10,020 nt of DNA from Candidatus Eiseniibacteriota bacterium. GTDB lineage: Bacteria; Eisenbacteria; RBG-16-71-46; CAIMUX01; VGJL01. The DNA lies in NCBI GenBank assembly GCA_041946735.1, contig JBHGAY010000060.1, positions 1-10,020 of the forward strand, written 5' to 3'. A program made the translations under genes and the position numbers. This document shows, piece after piece, positions 7,559 to 10,020 of this stretch (position 1 is its first letter; each line of letters opens with the position of its first letter). The notes beneath the pieces were generated by a model. The model saw nothing but the letters and a program-made list of their open reading frames with translations. It made no database searches and was not told the origin of the DNA.

Positions 7559-7915
7559 CTAGATGAGCTCGACGGAGCCGGTGACTTCCGCCGCTCCCTT
7601 TCCGCTCACCTTGCCTTGATGCAGGAGATCCCCGCCAATAAGGAGTTTCCCGCCCTGAGAGAGCAGAAGGAGGGCCACGTAGCGCGTGTGAGGGTTTCCT
7701 CCGACGGCGAACCAGTAGGCGATCTCCGTCCCCCGGGACAGTGCTCCGAGACTCTGATGGTCAGGGGCGGAGTCCCGGGATTCCCCGTCGGCCACGACCT
7801 GCCACTCGTCCTCGGGGACTCGCGTCCAGATCCGATAGTTCACAACGTGTGGCGTTCGAACAACGACGTTCACCTCGAGCTCCATCGCGGGGTCCATGCG
7901 GATCGGTCCGGCCAT
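7559..7915 (-). CDS. Hypothetical protein, 118 aa, beta-rich
   Basis: RBS GAAGGGAG before ATG; protein-like composition; 12-bp gap to the next gene; first ORF after the sigma-54 promoter. Confidence 0.65.
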   Translation of the reverse strand: MAGPIRMDPAMELEVNVVVRTPHVVNYRIWTRVPEDEWQVVADGESRDSAPDHQSLGALSRGTEIAYWFAVGGNPHTRYVALLLLSQGGKLLIGGDLLHQGKVSGKGAAEVTGSVELI

Positions 7916-8038
7916 GGCAACGCTCCCTTCCCCTTGGGTGGGTGTGGTGGGAGAACGGCTTCATCCCGAAAAGGGGGCCGACCGGAGAAACGGCGCCGAC
8001 CCCCTTCGGCTCTCCGGATCTCCCGAGCTCGCAAGTCA

Positions 8039-8054
8039 TGCAAGGGATGTACCA
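8039..8054 (-). promoter_or_regulatory. Sigma-54 (RpoN) -24/-12 promoter
   Basis: Minus strand TGGTAC-ATCCC-TTGCA versus consensus TGGCAC-N5-TTGCW: exact GG-N10-GC spacing and one mismatch. It is intergenic and points toward ORF 7915. Confidence 0.72.
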
Positions 8055-8127
8055 GCAGCAGAGAGGGTGGCTGGGTGGACGAGATGGGCTTTGCCCAGGA
8101 GGCTCAATCCTAGGAATAACAGAAAAG

Positions 8128-8220
8128 TCCGACATATCGGAGCAGGACGCACGAAGAACGGGCAGGACGTCGCCTATTCCTCTGTCAGATCATGACACGT
8201 TCAGGGGCGTCGTTGACGAC
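8128..8220. promoter_or_regulatory. Cluster of palindromes/direct repeats; candidate upstream activator (enhancer) sites
   Basis: TCCGA-CATA-TCGGA (8128-8141); GCAGGACG twice, 20 bp apart (8142-8149, 8162-8169); TGTCA-N5-TGACA (8183-8197); GTCGT-TG-ACGAC (8209-8220). All lie about 75-165 bp upstream of the -24 element. Confidence 0.45.
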
Positions 8221-8404
8221 AAGCTTGCTTGACTCGCATCCCCTGCCGGGTCGAGAGGCCCGAGGCCGTGAGCCTTCCGGGGATGAGCCGCATTCTCGCC
8301 GCTTCACGGTGGCGGTTGCCCTGCGCCGCTCACCAAAACGGCGGGGTCGCCTTACGGGGAGCGCTGCCTCATGGCAAGGCACATGCGGCGCGAGTGACGG
8401 CGGC

Positions 8405-8797
8405 TCATTGGCGCCGGTAGCTTCGTGGTCCTTCATCCCAGCGCATCGTAAGGTCGTCTCCCTGGATCGAGTAGGCGACCTCGTTGACTTCGCTTCCCGG
8501 CTCGCCGGAGATCCGCACCGTCTCGCCTCGGTCCTCGAAGGTCATCTCCTCCTCGGTCGTGCAGCCCAGATCCGCACAATCGGGCCCTTCACAGCAGTAC
8601 GTCAGCACGAAGGAGCAGTCGGACCGAAACTCGAGGGTCTCGGTCGTCGTCGTGCCTTGGGCGCTCCGCAAGCGCTCCCAGATTCCGGCAAGTGGCGAGC
8701 GATCGCAGGATCCGGAAGGATTGGTGGACGAATCGCCGCCACAGGCGAGAGTCAGGAGACTCGCAAGAAGAAGGGTGCCTGGGAACGCTGCTCGCAT
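8405..8797 (-). CDS. Lipoprotein with a lipocalin-like beta-barrel domain, about 130 aa
   Basis: Better start at ATG 8797 (RBS GAGGAGGAGG): MRAAFPGTLLLASLLTLAC-GGDSSTNPS, with a lipobox and Ser/Gly linker. LAGIW, LEFRSD and YSIQGDDLTM are lipocalin-like patterns. Confidence 0.75.
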   Translation of the reverse strand: MRAAFPGTLLLASLLTLACGGDSSTNPSGSCDRSPLAGIWERLRSAQGTTTTETLEFRSDCSFVLTYCCEGPDCADLGCTTEEEMTFEDRGETVRISGEPGSEVNEVAYSIQGDDLTMRWDEGPRSYRRQ

Positions 8798-8859
8798 GGG
8801 AAGCCTCCTCCTCATTTCGTGCCCCATAGCTTCGACACCAAGCAGTTCTCTGGCTCGCC

Positions 8860-10020
8860 TCATTGGGCGACGCCCAACACGAGCACGTCCGTCGCCGACC
8901 CTTGACTCAAGCGTCGCGACCACGTTTCGCCGTTGTCGTCGGAGGTGAAGACGCCATCGAAGCCGGCCGCGAAGATCCGTCCCGTCGCCGGATCGATGGC
9001 GAGGCCCGCCAGCACTCCGGCCGGCACGGTCCAGCCCGACCAGCTCCGCCCGCCGTCGGTGGAACGATTCGAACCGACGTAGACGATCGAGGCATCTTGG
9101 GGATCGAAGACCACCGACCGGCGGTCGGCGGCGTCAGCGACCCTCGTCCAGGACTGAAGGCGGTTTTCGCTCAGGAAGATGCCGGCTCGGGTGCAGGCAA
9201 CCGCTCGGGCCGGATCGCTCGGATCCATTCCGACCGAGTACACACTGACTCGGAGGAGCCCTTCCCGGGCTCCGATGGGAAGCGCCGCCCAGGTGGCACC
9301 TTGGTCCGTGCTCTCGAAGAGCCCGTTCGTCGCGACATCCGGGTCGAAGTCGTCGGTTCCGATCACGAACCGGTTGGGGTTGTCAGGATCGATCCAGACC
9401 CAATGGACGGCGACCGCAATCGACGGATACGAAGGCACCTTGGGAAGGCCGGCGGAGATGTTGGTCCAGCTGACGCCATCCGTGGAGCGGAACACGCCCC
9501 CGGCGTCGCCGGTGATGCCATTGCAGTCCGCGGATGGCGCATACCCGGCCGTGCCGAGCAGGAACATAGCGGATTGGACCGCAAGGGCCTGGATGCCCGT
9601 GCATGTCAGAAGCGCCGGCTCGCTCACCAAATCAAAGGTCTTGCCGCGATCTTGGCTTCTGTAGATCCGGGTCACCCCTTGTCCGGACCAGTCCCGGATG
9701 CCCGAGGAGGCCCAGACGACGTCGGGGGCGTCAGGGTCGGCAACAAGAATGCCGACCTGATGCCGGAAGTCGCTGAGTTCGCTTTCCTGCCAACTTCGGC
9801 CGCCGTCTTCGGAGTACCAGACTCCGTTGGACTCCGTCCCCACGAGCACGTACGAAGACGACTCCGTCGGGGTCTGCCCGCTTGCCGTGTTGGACTGCGC
9901 CGACCCGTTGCCAGCGGCATCGACGCTCTTGATTCGGAAGACATACGTGTGGCCCGACGCCAGGCCCGTGACTTGGAACGTCTCCGTCGTTCCGGCGGCG
10001 GCAGGAGTCGGCTCCCCGGA
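8860..10020 (-). CDS. 3' part of a probably extracellular protein: fibronectin type III domain followed by a BNR/Asp-box beta-propeller; 5' end outside the window
   Basis: The frame stays open from 9849 to the edge: SGEPTPAAAGTTETFQVTGLASGHTYVFRIKSVDAAGNGSAQSN (FN3 signature). Seven Asp-box-like repeats follow: SEDGGRSW, SQDRGKTF, STDGVSW, STDQGATW, SENRLQSW, STDGGRSW, SDDNGETW. Confidence 0.85.
   Translation of the reverse strand, partial: SGEPTPAAAGTTETFQVTGLASGHTYVFRIKSVDAAGNGSAQSNTASGQTPTESSSYVLVGTESNGVWYSEDGGRSWQESELSDFRHQVGILVADPDAPDVVWASSGIRDWSGQGVTRIYRSQDRGKTFDLVSEPALLTCTGIQALAVQSAMFLLGTAGYAPSADCNGITGDAGGVFRSTDGVSWTNISAGLPKVPSYPSIAVAVHWVWIDPDNPNRFVIGTDDFDPDVATNGLFESTDQGATWAALPIGAREGLLRVSVYSVGMDPSDPARAVACTRAGIFLSENRLQSWTRVADAADRRSVVFDPQDASIVYVGSNRSTDGGRSWSGWTVPAGVLAGLAIDPATGRIFAAGFDGVFTSDDNGETWSRRLSQGSATDVLVLGVAQ

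Larger units (their letters stand above)
58..10020 (-). mobile_element. comM-integrated element/genomic island (core: serine recombinase, VirD4-like ATPase, membrane protein); right boundary not seen
   Basis: Split comM adjoins the integrase and a coupling-protein-like gene. No ComM C-terminal half is present among the + strand ORFs. Membership of genes beyond about 6500 is inferred only from the missing second junction. Confidence 0.7.

Noticed and set aside
8081..8100. GGGCAAAGCCC hairpin resembling the start of a c-di-GMP-I riboswitch
   Set aside because: The remaining conserved riboswitch elements are absent, and it lies upstream of the predicted promoter.
8236..8330. CCCTG-containing sequences as a possible second att junction
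   Set aside because: Downstream + frames do not encode CPCG or any ComM-like continuation.
8798..8923. Upstream start for the 172-aa ORF
   Set aside because: It overlaps the propeller gene. ATG 8797 gives an RBS and a proper lipoprotein signal peptide.
8920..9820. Recurring motifs that might suggest a DNA repeat array or CRISPR
   Set aside because: They are degenerate protein-level Asp-box repeats. No identical, regularly spaced DNA repeats or cas genes were seen.

Overview
High-GC bacterial DNA in which every credible intact gene lies on the minus strand. The first 60 bp are an interrupted host comM/YifB (Mg-chelatase-like AAA+ ATPase) gene on the + strand, reading ...TFPARFVLVAAMNP*, with TGA where the conserved CPCG should start. 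The interruption is the junction of an integrative element. Its large serine recombinase starts at 1558 (- strand) and is missing from the ORF track because it has no stop codon in the window: it reads through the att junction into antisense comM. Upstream of the recombinase, in order, are a lower-GC secreted trypsin-like protease, a 1027-aa VirD4/TrwB-like ATPase with a C-terminal PD-(D/E)XK-like domain, a membrane protein, and two further genes behind a near-consensus sigma-54 promoter. A lipocalin-like lipoprotein and the 3' part of an FN3 + BNR/Asp-box propeller protein follow. No comM 3' half was seen, so the element probably extends beyond the right edge.
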